From Deltaproteobacteria bacterium (GTDB lineage Bacteria > Desulfobacterota > Binatia > UBA1149 > JAJCZL01): a stretch of DNA of 64,000 nucleotides. The notes under the pieces were generated by a model that saw only the letters and a list, made by a program, of their open reading frames with translations, ran no database searches and had not been told where the DNA came from. Below, in pieces: positions 28,974-38,612 of the stretch (position 1 is its first letter; each line of letters starts with the position of its first letter). The DNA is taken from assembly GCA_029262415.1 (NCBI GenBank), contig JAJCZL010000058.1, forward strand, positions 135,712-199,711, in the 5' to 3' direction. The translations under genes and the position numbers were made by a program.

Positions 28974-30464
28974 TCAGTGCGCGCCGGTTCGTTGCACGAC
29001 TGCAGGCACGGTACGCGCAAGCAGCGAGACATCGCGGAAGACGTTGTAACTCGCGATATAGTCGAGATCCATGAACGCGCGTTCAGGATATGCAACCGAA
29101 CTTCGGCCACTGACCTGCCAAAGTCCGGTCAACCCTGGACGCGCCGATAGGAACATCTCAGCGTAGACGCCGTAGCTCGCCAACTCGCCGGGAATGATCG
29201 GCCGCGGCCCGACCACGGCCATGTCACCGCGCAACACGTTCCAAAGCTGCGGGAGCTCGTCCAGACTGCTCCTGCGGAGAAACGCTCCGAGCCGCGTTAC
29301 GCGCGGATCTTCGCCCGACGGCAGTTTGAAGTCGTTGGCTACGTACTTAGCGTAAAGCTGTTTATCCGATCGCAGCCTCTCCTCTGCGTCAACGCGCATC
29401 GTACGGAACTTGAGAACCCGAAAACACCGCCCGCCGCGCCCAAGCCGTTCTTGACTGAACAACACGGGTCCCGGATCGAAGATCTTAATCGCAAGGACTA
29501 CGAGCAAACCGACCGGGAGCGCGAGCATGGCCGCCACACCCGAGACGGTTACGTCGAGAGCGCGCTTGAGACTGTCGTTGACCTCATCGCGCGGCATCGG
29601 CCCGAACGAGAGCATCGGGACACCCGAAAACTCGGTCACGCGCCCGCGGACTCCGTGCACGCCTGACTTCATCGCAGTGATCATCGAGACTAGGTTGCCG
29701 CGTTCGATCAGCGCCTGTGCCAGCGGAGCCATTTCAGCCAGGTCGCGTGCACCGCCGACCAGGAACACTTCATCGACTCCGTGTCGCTCGAGCACACCGT
29801 CGATGTCGGCGACCGTACCGAGCACCGGTACCGATAAGGCCTCTGCCGAGACGATCTTTTTCGTCAACAACACTCCGACCAGGTTGTAGCCGCTTCCGCT
29901 CGCACGCGAGAGCACATCGGCGAACGAGAAAGCAGGCTTGCCGTTGCCGACTACCAAAGCTTGGCGGGCGCGCGCTTTGCCGTGGCGCGCGCGACCCAGG
30001 AAGGCTATAACTGCAATATGTTTTCCGATCAGCAGCAAGACGGAAAGCGCGAAGTAATAGCCGAAGAATACGCGACTGACGGCGCCCATTTTGAGTATGA
30101 AGCCGGCAGCGGCCGATGCCCCCGCGGCCAGCAGCAGCGCCCAAGCGTAAGCGGCTAACATGCCGATCAGGCTTTTCGAACGTGGTTGGTGGTAGGCCCC
30201 AGAGACTGCAAGCGCGGAGATCCAGGCTAGGGTCGAAACCATGAGCAGGACGAAATAGTCTGAGGGGACGAGGTTCTCGGAGGTCCAGGGGATGACGGAG
30301 ATGCGGTTGAGAATTGGAAGCTCGGCGTGGAAGGCGCGCAAGACCAGCGCGGCACCGAATGCCAAACCTATTAAAGCAACGTCCAACGTAACCGATACGA
30401 CCCGCAGCATTCGCGCTCGTTCAAGGAACATTCCCCACCTCCTCACCACCGTCGTAGCGGCCAC
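28974..30464 (-). CDS. Polyprenyl-phosphate glycosyl-1-phosphate transferase (WbaP/EpsB-type priming sugar transferase)
   Basis: [10 protein letters not shown]...[21 protein letters not shown]...[21 protein letters not shown]. Confidence 0.85.
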   Translation of the reverse strand: MAATTVVRRWGMFLERARMLRVVSVTLDVALIGLAFGAALVLRAFHAELPILNRISVIPWTSENLVPSDYFVLLMVSTLAWISALAVSGAYHQPRSKSLIGMLAAYAWALLLAAGASAAAGFILKMGAVSRVFFGYYFALSVLLLIGKHIAVIAFLGRARHGKARARQALVVGNGKPAFSFADVLSRASGSGYNLVGVLLTKKIVSAEALSVPVLGTVADIDGVLERHGVDEVFLVGGARDLAEMAPLAQALIERGNLVSMITAMKSGVHGVRGRVTEFSGVPMLSFGPMPRDEVNDSLKRALDVTVSGVAAMLALPVGLLVVLAIKIFDPGPVLFSQERLGRGGRCFRVLKFRTMRVDAEERLRSDKQLYAKYVANDFKLPSGEDPRVTRLGAFLRRSSLDELPQLWNVLRGDMAVVGPRPIIPGELASYGVYAEMFLSARPGLTGLWQVSGRSSVAYPERAFMDLDYIASYNVFRDVSLLARTVPAVVQRTGAH

Positions 30465-30567
30465 ATCGGGTGCCGCCCCGGGCGCATGGTTCGCGGCCCT
30501 CGTCCTTACAGCCGCGCTGCTCCCCCTGGGAGCACGCTCACAAGCGGCACTCAGCCTTCTGCTTCTC

Positions 30568-31854
30568 TTGGTCGGCGCCGGATCGCTCGTCGCGATCGGC
30601 GCCTGCGTAGTTCGCTACGGACTCGACTCGACCCCGCAGGCGCTGCTCGAGGGAAGTACCCCGCTCGCGCTCATTGGATTCCCGCTCATCGTTGCGTTCC
30701 AACTCGCTTGGCAACTCGGACCGGGCCTCAGCCACGGCCCGTCGCACGAGATGCTGCAGTCGCTTTTGCTGCTGTCCGCTCTGGCAACATTCTACCTGAT
30801 AGTGCGCTTGACAGTGAACGACGAGAACGCCGTTCGGCGAATGTTTTTCTTTCTTTTCGCGGTCGGCGGACTGCAGGCCGGCTACGCCGTCCTTAACCTG
30901 CTTGCAGGCAATGAACGGCTGCTCATTTATGAACGTTGGGCCTATTTGAACTCGGCTACCGGCACACTGGTGTCGCGAAACCACTTCGCATTCTTAATGG
31001 AAATGCTGTTGCCGTTCGGCATCGCGTGTACCGCGTTGACTGGAGCCAGCACGGTCGGACGCTCCGCGCGCCGACTCTCGCGCGAGAAAGCACCGATCTC
31101 GAGCGAAGTCAGTGCGCAACGGGGGATGATGATCGCGGTTGTAGTCATGATGGGGCTCGCGCTGGTGTTTTCGCGCTCAAGAATGGGCATCGCGAGCCTC
31201 GGCCTCGCCTGGCTGACGGTTACTGCCGCCGATCGGTTACTGCGTCCCGACAACAGACGTCGCACCGCTGAGCGCAAACGACGCGCCGCGCCGCTGCTCG
31301 CGATCGCGCTGGTTGCGGCCTATGCCGCCGTGATCGGGCTGGAGCCGGTCATCGAACGGTTCTTGCACTTGCCCCAGGACCTCGAGAACGGACGAATGCC
31401 GATCTGGACGGCAACCGCAAATATGATCGCCGATGCTCCTATCCTCGGGCACGGCTGGGGGACATTCGAGGCGCTGCTGCCGGGTTACCGTTCCGAGCCG
31501 ACCGGGTTTTACTACGACCACGCCCACAATGAATACTTGGAGGTCTTCGCTGAGTCGGGGATCATCGGCCTAGGCCTGCTCGCATGGCTCCTGTTCTTAT
31601 TCGGACGGCGCGCCGTACACGCACTCTCTGCACGCTGGGAGCCGGCCGACAGGGCGGCGGTCTTTTGGAGCACCGTCGCAATCGTTTCTGTGCTCATCCA
31701 TTCGGCAGCCGACTTCGGGCTGCGAACACCCGGCGTCGCCTTCACCTTTATGGTCGTCCTTGCCGTGTACTCACGGCTTACTGAAAAATGGGCCACGACA
31801 CATCAACCGGGTACTTCTCGCCCGCCGCGAGCGATCACCTCCGCGTCGGTCTGA
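30568..31854 (+). CDS. O-antigen ligase family (Wzy_C domain) membrane protein
   Basis: HGWGTFEALLP...YDHAHNEYLEVFAESGIIG. Start uncertain: the ORF opens at 30292 but overlaps the convergent gene. TTG at 30568 chosen. Confidence 0.6.
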   Translation: MVGAGSLVAIGACVVRYGLDSTPQALLEGSTPLALIGFPLIVAFQLAWQLGPGLSHGPSHEMLQSLLLLSALATFYLIVRLTVNDENAVRRMFFFLFAVGGLQAGYAVLNLLAGNERLLIYERWAYLNSATGTLVSRNHFAFLMEMLLPFGIACTALTGASTVGRSARRLSREKAPISSEVSAQRGMMIAVVVMMGLALVFSRSRMGIASLGLAWLTVTAADRLLRPDNRRRTAERKRRAAPLLAIALVAAYAAVIGLEPVIERFLHLPQDLENGRMPIWTATANMIADAPILGHGWGTFEALLPGYRSEPTGFYYDHAHNEYLEVFAESGIIGLGLLAWLLFLFGRRAVHALSARWEPADRAAVFWSTVAIVSVLIHSAADFGLRTPGVAFTFMVVLAVYSRLTEKWATTHQPGTSRPPRAITSASV

Positions 31855-31860
31855 GCCGCA

Positions 31861-32685
31861 ATGATCGACATACATTCGCATTTGTTGCCGGGTATCGACG
31901 ATGGCCCCAAGACCTGGGCGCAGTCGCTCGACCTTTGCCGCGCGATCGTCGACGACGGAATCCAGCTATCAGTGGCAACTCCGCATCTGATCGACGGCGT
32001 CTATGAAAATACCCGCTCGGTGGTCGAGCCATTGACCATCGAACTCAACCAACGGCTCGGCGACGCCGGCGTGGCGCTGCGTGTTCTACCGGGAGCCGAG
32101 GTCGACTTCTCATCGCGCTTTGCGACCGACGGTGGCGCCGGACTGCCGAGTCTCGCCGGAGCAGGTGCGGTGTTACTCGAGATGCCGATGACCGTCGTAC
32201 CGCCGGCTATTTTAGAAACAATCTTCGCGATCCGCTCCCGCGGCGGCATCGCCGTCATCGCCCACCCCGAACGCAACGAAGTCTTGCAAGACAATTTCCG
32301 GATCGCACACAGTTGGATCGAAGCGGGTGCGCTTCTACAATTGGACGGCGATTCGCTGTTGGGACTCTGGGGCAACCGCACGCAGCGCTGCGGTGAAGAA
32401 TTACTGTGCGCCGGGCTCGCCCACGCTATCGCCAGCGACGCCCACTCGACCACCAAACGCCCTCCCCGTCTGACCCGCGCGCTCGAGCGTGCCGTCACCT
32501 TGATCGGCGACTCGGCCGTCAAGCTCACCGGAGACGGCCCGCGCGCGATCGTCGGAGGGCTCAGCCCAGGCGCCTGCCTCACCGAACCTGCGACTCAACA
32601 GATCCAGGCTACCCGCACTAGGGACGCCCGCGGCAAACGGCAGCGCGGTTTGCTCGGTCGATTGTTCAAAAGCATCGGAAGGTAA
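31861..32685 (+). CDS. CpsB/CapC-type (PHP-domain, Mn-dependent) protein-tyrosine phosphatase
   Basis: MIDIHSHLLPGIDDGP...ATPH...AHPER. Confidence 0.75.
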   Translation: MIDIHSHLLPGIDDGPKTWAQSLDLCRAIVDDGIQLSVATPHLIDGVYENTRSVVEPLTIELNQRLGDAGVALRVLPGAEVDFSSRFATDGGAGLPSLAGAGAVLLEMPMTVVPPAILETIFAIRSRGGIAVIAHPERNEVLQDNFRIAHSWIEAGALLQLDGDSLLGLWGNRTQRCGEELLCAGLAHAIASDAHSTTKRPPRLTRALERAVTLIGDSAVKLTGDGPRAIVGGLSPGACLTEPATQQIQATRTRDARGKRQRGLLGRLFKSIGR

Positions 32686-33990
32686 GGACCGCCCGGGGCC
32701 GGGCTCGACTCCGTTTTCGGACCCGTCGGTAAGACGGGTCAACTTAACTTCGTCGAGCCAAAACTCACCACCTATAAAACGATTAAGAGACTTCACCTCG
32801 TGACGCAAAACTGCGATCCGAATACCGAGGCAAGCCTCAGGTACTGCAAACTCGAGCGCCACCGGATGCCAATATTCGGTCCCGCGCACCGGGTTGGTCG
32901 CGGCGTATAAACGACAACGCTCGTTGACGGCTCCGGCTTCGCCGCGCAACCCCTGGACGGCCAAGACAGGCCCGCCTGCTGACGTGATTTCGACCGCTTT
33001 CACGTAAGCATCGACCCGATAGCGTCCACCCGGTTGCACCGGTAAGTATTGCGTGACCCCTGCAAAGTCTGGGTTGTGCTCGCCGTCAAACACGATACGC
33101 AAAGCGCGCGCTCCTTCGGTACAATCGCGGCACAACGGCACATCGACGCGCACACTATCGGGGTGTTTGTTGAAGATGCGCCAACCGAAGCCACCATACA
33201 TGGCGCCCACCGGCACCGCCTCTTCGAAGTCACCGTTCAATACAGACGCGTCGGACACGAAACGGCGATCGGTTACGATCTCCCATGCCTCCTGAGCAAG
33301 GCCGCGCCTGAGCAAGAGGTCGACAAAAGCTGGGGTGACGTAGTCAGCAGGTTCGCCTCCGGCGACAATGCGCTTCCACGCTATCCGCGTCGTCGCAACC
33401 CCCAAGTTGCGACGCGCGAACGTGAAGTACTCTTCGAGGACCGAGTCGGTGATGACCTCGTTGATGACGAAGTCATCGATGTAGATACGGTGCAGCAGAG
33501 CAAAGAGTTCGTGGCGATCGCTTCGACGGCCGGCCAACGCCGCACCAAACTCCGCTGCGGCCTCCTGGTGACGGTCGGTTCGCGCGAGTAGCACTGCGGC
33601 CCTTAACCGTACATCGGTGTTTGACCGACCGTACTGAAAGGCGCGGTTCAGGTACTTGCTGGGGTCCTCGCCCCGGTCGGCAGCAAGCTCGGCCAGGCCT
33701 AAATAGCAAAACGCGCAAGCCGGGTTGCGCGAAAGCGTTTCGAGATATAGCGACTCCGCCTCTTGCGAACGCCGCAGCGTACGGCTGACCTCGGCCAGTT
33801 TAAACGTGTTCTCCCAGTCCAACGGCGCGGTACGTGCTGCAGCCCTGAGTGCCTCGAGCCGCCCGGAGTCGCCGGACCTCGAACGCAGTTGGGCGGCCAA
33901 CTCAGCTCCGCTTACAACAACCGTTACAGCGGCGAATACCGCGAGTAGTGAAATTGCCGCACGCTTAGCGGCGTCGCGAACCGGCTCCAC
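32401..33990 (-). CDS. Secreted TPR-repeat protein with C-terminal beta-rich domain
   Basis: N-terminal signal peptide and TPR-like repeats. The last ~95 codons overlap cpsB antisense and are low-complexity. Confidence 0.5.
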   Translation of the reverse strand: MEPVRDAAKRAAISLLAVFAAVTVVVSGAELAAQLRSRSGDSGRLEALRAAARTAPLDWENTFKLAEVSRTLRRSQEAESLYLETLSRNPACAFCYLGLAELAADRGEDPSKYLNRAFQYGRSNTDVRLRAAVLLARTDRHQEAAAEFGAALAGRRSDRHELFALLHRIYIDDFVINEVITDSVLEEYFTFARRNLGVATTRIAWKRIVAGGEPADYVTPAFVDLLLRRGLAQEAWEIVTDRRFVSDASVLNGDFEEAVPVGAMYGGFGWRIFNKHPDSVRVDVPLCRDCTEGARALRIVFDGEHNPDFAGVTQYLPVQPGGRYRVDAYVKAVEITSAGGPVLAVQGLRGEAGAVNERCRLYAATNPVRGTEYWHPVALEFAVPEACLGIRIAVLRHEVKSLNRFIGGEFWLDEVKLTRLTDGSENGVEPGPGRSLPSDAFEQSTEQTALPFAAGVPSAGSLDLLSRRFGEAGAWAEPSDDRARAVSGELDGRVADQGDGTLERAGQTGRAFGGRVGVAGDSVGEPGAQ

Positions 33991-33996
33991 GCCGAC

Positions 33997-36327
33997 TCAG
34001 GCCGCACGTTCGACGTCGGTCACACCGTCGTCCTGCGCGCCGGGGCGGCCATAGTACCCGTAGTAGCCGTAGTAGGAGAAGCGGTCTGATCGCGTCGAAA
34101 CACGGTTGAGAACGACGCCGAGAAGTTTCGACTGCATGCGCGTCATGTAGTCGCAGGCTTGTTGCGCGACTCTACGCGGCGTCATACCCGCACGGGTTAC
34201 CAGCAGGCAACCACCACCGAGCCGGTTGCTCAGCACCGGCACATCGGCGAAGCCGAGCGTCGGCGGAGCATCAACTATGATGTGATCGTAGCGATCGTCG
34301 AGTTCGCTGAGCATCGCACCCATACGTGCAGAGTCGAGCAAATCTACCGGGTTGGGCGAAACCGGTCCTGCCGCCACGACGTCTAACCCAGGCTGGTGCG
34401 TCCCGTGGATGATCTGGTCGATCCCCATGTTACCGGCGATGTAGTTGGTAACCCCGGGCGATTGCGGGACCTCGAGCGCGCAATGAACTCGTGGCTTCCG
34501 AAGATCGCAATCGATGATAACGACACGCTTGCCCATCTGCGCAAGTGCGGCCGCAAGGTTTGTGGCAATACAGGTCTTGCCCTCGCTCGGTCGTGCACTC
34601 GTGATCAGCAACCGCGTCGGCAGACCACCTACAGCGGCGAGGAACAGCGACGCGCGTAACGTGCGGATCGCTTCGGCACCTGCCGAGGTCGGCTGCAGTG
34701 AGACTTGCATGTCCGGCGAGGTCGCCTCGCGGCCATCCTCCGCGTCTGCAACGGCAAACTCAGGCACTGTGCCGAGTACCGGCAAGCGCAAGGAACGCTC
34801 GACATCCCCAGGCGTGCTCATCGAGTCGTCCATGTACTCTTGGAAGAAGGCTAGGCCGACTCCGCCAAATAGCCCGAGCATCATCGCCATCGCCATATTA
34901 AGCGGCAAATCCGGCGTATCCGGGTTGAGCGGAACCTCGGGAATATCGACGAGGGTAATATTCGAGGACCGGATAGCCTCGGTGACCTCGACTTCTTTCA
35001 TGCGACGGAGCAGGTCTTCGTAGATCTGCCGGTTGGTATCAACCTCACGGCGCATGATCTTAAAGTCGATCGCCTTGTCTTCGTATATCTGGATGACCTT
35101 GCGCTGGCTCTCGAGTTGGAAGCGAAGCAAGGCTTCACGATCCAACGCTGTACGGAAATCCGCAGCGACGCTGGCCACAATCGTGTCGGCCTGCTCCTGA
35201 ATCGTGTTCTCGATATCGGCGATGCGTGCGTCGAGCACCTTGACCGGCGGGTACTCGGCCGTAAACCGCCCACCAAGCTGCGCGCGCTCGGCACGCGAAG
35301 TCGCCAATTCTTCTTTCAACTTACCGACCAACGGATCGTTGACGATGATCGGCAACGACCAGCGATCGGGGCCCAGCATCTGGTTGTGCAGCGCTTCCAA
35401 CTTTATGCGTTCCGACTCCCCGTTTGTCAGCCGGTTGTTGATGTCGGCAAGGCGCTCGTGGATTACCTCTTCTTCTTGGTCGATCGCGTAGATCTCACGG
35501 CCCTTGGCAAAGGCGTGGAGTTCCAGCTCTGTCTCTTCCAGCCGAGCCTTGGTGACGTCGAGTTGCTTAGAGATAAAGTTACGACCCTGCGCCGCTGCTT
35601 CGATGCGCTGGTCCAACGTCAAGTCGATGTACTCGCGCGCCATCGCATCGGCGACCTTGGCGGCGGTCTCAGGGTCGGGGTTATAAAAACTCAGCTCGAC
35701 CAAAAACGACTTGCGACGCGGTCGAACCGCGATGCTTTCACCGAACTTCTCCAGAAGTTCCTGTTCTTTCTCACGTGCGATGAGCTCAGGATCAGGCTCA
35801 CCGGAAACGATCGATTTGAGCGATGAGACCATCCTTAACACCGTCGACTCGCCCATGCTGTCGCCGTTCAACCAAGGGTCGTTTTCTAAGCCGACCTTCT
35901 CAATGGTGCGCTTGGCTAAGCGGCGACTGGCGAGCAAATCGTACTGGGTCTGAAAGAAGTCGCTGTAAGCCTGCGCGCCTTGCGAGGATTGTTCGACCTC
36001 GTCGAATCCGACCACGTTGGGTCCACCCGGACGGATCTGAAGAAGAGCTGTCGAGCGGTAAAGCGGGGTAGCTGCGAGCGTGAAAATCAGTGCACTCAGC
36101 GCACAAAAACCAAACACCGCAGCGGCTGTCCAACGCCGCCGCAAAATCACCTGCAGGAAATCCCAGAGGTGCGTCTCTCGGCCGCCGAACCCTCCTGGGT
36201 CGGCCGGCGTACCGTACGCAGGCCGGTCGCGGTCGCTGATCGTTCCGGCACGTTCCTGCGCACGGATTTCTGCCGGAACGAACATTCCCGGCGGAAGTGA
36301 GGGTGAAGTGTCCTTACGGTCGGCCAT
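33997..36327 (-). CDS. wzc: Polysaccharide co-polymerase / BY-type tyrosine autokinase (Wzc/EpsB-like)
   Basis: Wzz-type periplasmic domain, Walker A SARPSEGKTCIATNLA, DxD, C-terminal Tyr cluster SYYGYYGYYG. Start at MADRKD (36325-36327). Confidence 0.85.
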   Translation of the reverse strand: MADRKDTSPSLPPGMFVPAEIRAQERAGTISDRDRPAYGTPADPGGFGGRETHLWDFLQVILRRRWTAAAVFGFCALSALIFTLAATPLYRSTALLQIRPGGPNVVGFDEVEQSSQGAQAYSDFFQTQYDLLASRRLAKRTIEKVGLENDPWLNGDSMGESTVLRMVSSLKSIVSGEPDPELIAREKEQELLEKFGESIAVRPRRKSFLVELSFYNPDPETAAKVADAMAREYIDLTLDQRIEAAAQGRNFISKQLDVTKARLEETELELHAFAKGREIYAIDQEEEVIHERLADINNRLTNGESERIKLEALHNQMLGPDRWSLPIIVNDPLVGKLKEELATSRAERAQLGGRFTAEYPPVKVLDARIADIENTIQEQADTIVASVAADFRTALDREALLRFQLESQRKVIQIYEDKAIDFKIMRREVDTNRQIYEDLLRRMKEVEVTEAIRSSNITLVDIPEVPLNPDTPDLPLNMAMAMMLGLFGGVGLAFFQEYMDDSMSTPGDVERSLRLPVLGTVPEFAVADAEDGREATSPDMQVSLQPTSAGAEAIRTLRASLFLAAVGGLPTRLLITSARPSEGKTCIATNLAAALAQMGKRVVIIDCDLRKPRVHCALEVPQSPGVTNYIAGNMGIDQIIHGTHQPGLDVVAAGPVSPNPVDLLDSARMGAMLSELDDRYDHIIVDAPPTLGFADVPVLSNRLGGGCLLVTRAGMTPRRVAQQACDYMTRMQSKLLGVVLNRVSTRSDRFSYYGYYGYYGRPGAQDDGVTDVERAA

Positions 36328-36337
36328 GGCTACGTCT

Positions 36338-37312
36338 TCAGAGCTTTCTGTCGAAGCGGAGAATTCCGAGTGCGCGGTCAAAGAAGTACTTCGCTCCGGA
36401 CATCGGGACAACCACAACGTCGTCCTCTTGTACGAAGAAATCCTCGGCGCGCCCGTCTCGAATGGCCGCAAGCCTAACCGGGATTTTCTCACGCTGACCG
36501 TCGTCAAGCTTGCGCAACAGAACGGCACCGGAAATGTTGGCCAGTGTGAGGTCCGCGCCGCCTGCGGTGGCGACTGCCTGACTGACGGTCGTCGGTTGCT
36601 GGAGCGGGTAGGCACCGGGTTTGTTGACCATCCCTTCTACGTAGAATGTCCCGGCCTGGGGGACGTTGATCACGTCGCCCGGCACCAATGCGACATTCAA
36701 CTGCAACTCGCCGCCGCCGGTGATGCGCTCCAGGTCGATAAGTGCGGTCTCTATGCCCGCGTCCGTTTGGCGTGTTATGCGGATGTTTCGACCGGCGTCT
36801 TCGTTCAAACCACCCGCCATCGCCAGGCCTTCGAGAAGACTCTTGCGACCGCGTAATTCAAAGACCCCCGGCTGCTGGACAAACCCCACGATTGAAATCT
36901 GATAACTGCGGTACTCCTTAATGAACACCGCGACCTGAGGGTCGTGGATGAACTTCTTGTAGTGCGTGACGAGACTCCGTTCGAGTTCGTAGGAACTGAG
37001 TCCGCCCGCCTCGACCTTACCTACGAAGGGAAGCGTTACGTGGCCGACGTTGGAAACCCGCACCGGGACGATGCGCGGACCCTGGTTGTCCTCGATGTCA
37101 AAAAGAGTGACTTCGAGTAGATCTTCGGGGCCGATCTTGTACTCGCCGGCGGCCGCGGTTTGGCCGGCCATGAGTGCGATAGAGTTGTTAATCTCTGCGT
37201 TTTCATCCGCATCGATGTTGTGGTCACGGAAAGCAGGGGAGATCGAACACGCCGACACCAACCCACACACAATCGACCCGAGAAGAGCGCTGCGTACGGC
37301 TGTAGGTGTCAT
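36338..37312 (-). CDS. wza: Polysaccharide export outer-membrane lipoprotein Wza
   Basis: Lipobox LVSAC. PES motif YKIGPEDLLEVTLF. SLBB-like repeats. Confidence 0.85.
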   Translation of the reverse strand: MTPTAVRSALLGSIVCGLVSACSISPAFRDHNIDADENAEINNSIALMAGQTAAAGEYKIGPEDLLEVTLFDIEDNQGPRIVPVRVSNVGHVTLPFVGKVEAGGLSSYELERSLVTHYKKFIHDPQVAVFIKEYRSYQISIVGFVQQPGVFELRGRKSLLEGLAMAGGLNEDAGRNIRITRQTDAGIETALIDLERITGGGELQLNVALVPGDVINVPQAGTFYVEGMVNKPGAYPLQQPTTVSQAVATAGGADLTLANISGAVLLRKLDDGQREKIPVRLAAIRDGRAEDFFVQEDDVVVVPMSGAKYFFDRALGILRFDRKL

Positions 37313-37391
37313 TGTGATTCGCCTCTCGCCCTCATGTTACTGCGCGACGTGGCCGTCGCTCGCGGTGACGGCCACGTTGCACCCGAACTGC

Positions 37392-38264
37392 TCAATTCGG
37401 GCTTCCGTTCGTGTCATTACTGTTGCTATCGGCTATGATCACGCCCGCTGTGATCAGCGCAAACGCGCCGCCTGCGGCAGCTTCGACCGGAACCTGCGCA
37501 AGGCCGGCGCGCAGTGTGGTTCCGTATCCGCCTGCAGCGGCCGCCGCCGCACCCTCGTCGCCGGAACGCTCACTGCTCTCGGCAAGCCCCGCGGCTTGGT
37601 CTTCCGCCGTCGGCTCACCGTCGAGCGACGCAAGTCGAATACCGGCCGCGGGGGCTGCAGCTGCGTCGGTCAACGCCGCAAGCCGGTCGCCTTCGTTGAA
37701 GGAACCGCCGAGAGCCTCATGGTTGAGCAGCAAGCGCTCGCCTTTTTGCAGGGTACGATCCAAGCCCGCGATGCGCACCGCGAGTTCGCCCTCTTCCACG
37801 ACAACCACTGCGTCACCGTGGTCGTTGATCTCAACGTAGCCGTCGGCAGCTTGCTCATTAGCATTCTTGGTCGGCAATATCTCAGCATCAGCCGCGGTAA
37901 TCCGCAGGCCGGAGAAGGCCGCGAGGTGAAACGCGAGTTTACCCGAGCGCACTTCGATGGTCGGTCCTTCGTCGGTACCGGCTGCCGAAATCTCGGTATT
38001 GCTGTACATCCCGACAATGCCCTCGGAGCCGAGGTCGGCAAGAAGATAGCCTTCGACACCGGTTTTGAGGTGGTCGCCGGCGACCATTGGACGGGTCAAC
38101 TCTACCGCGTTCCAGGCGCCCTGGTCGGCTAAGAAAACCGGTCCGTTTACCTGAACAGTTCCGAAAATGGGGTTAACAGCCGCAGCCGGAACGACCGCGG
38201 CAAGTACCAGCGCGAACGCCGCCACGGGTGCGATTGACTGTACTCCGAGACCTCTTAGCCGCAT
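37392..38264 (-). CDS. Secreted hypothetical protein (first gene of the wza-wzc transcription unit)
   Basis: Signal peptide MRLRGLGVQSIAPVAAFALVLAAVVPAAA. Strong RBS GAGGAGGAGG. Confidence 0.5.
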   Translation of the reverse strand: MRLRGLGVQSIAPVAAFALVLAAVVPAAAVNPIFGTVQVNGPVFLADQGAWNAVELTRPMVAGDHLKTGVEGYLLADLGSEGIVGMYSNTEISAAGTDEGPTIEVRSGKLAFHLAAFSGLRITAADAEILPTKNANEQAADGYVEINDHGDAVVVVEEGELAVRIAGLDRTLQKGERLLLNHEALGGSFNEGDRLAALTDAAAAPAAGIRLASLDGEPTAEDQAAGLAESSERSGDEGAAAAAAGGYGTTLRAGLAQVPVEAAAGGAFALITAGVIIADSNSNDTNGSPN

Positions 38265-38612
38265 GGCAGCCTCCTCCTCTATCCAACTTCCGGCGACTGC
38301 CCCCCTGGGAAAGTCGCTCATCCACCACTACCACAACAACCACCGCCCATTTGCAGACCCGGCTAACCGAGCCCCGTGCCGGAGCACACCATAGACAGCA
38401 CCAGCGCATAAAGCGCCGAGGTTCAAGTTAACTGGATAGACGCCGCCCCGCAAGTTTCCCAACGCGCAAGAAACGTAAGCAAAGCAAAGATGTTGCGCGG
38501 TTTCTGCCGGCGAGTGGCGCGCGGCTGCCGCGCTATCGACGGCGCGTGGGCAACAGGACAAGGTCCCTGGCCGAGCGGATTGCGCTCGACCGGTCGGGGC
38601 CCTGGTTAGAGT

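Noticed and set aside
30292-30567. Upstream extension of the O-antigen-ligase-like ORF back to 30292
   Set aside because: It would overlap the convergent priming sugar transferase by about 170 bp. The translated extension ([16 protein letters not shown]...) is not membrane-protein-like. A later TTG or other start is more plausible, though the exact start remains uncertain.
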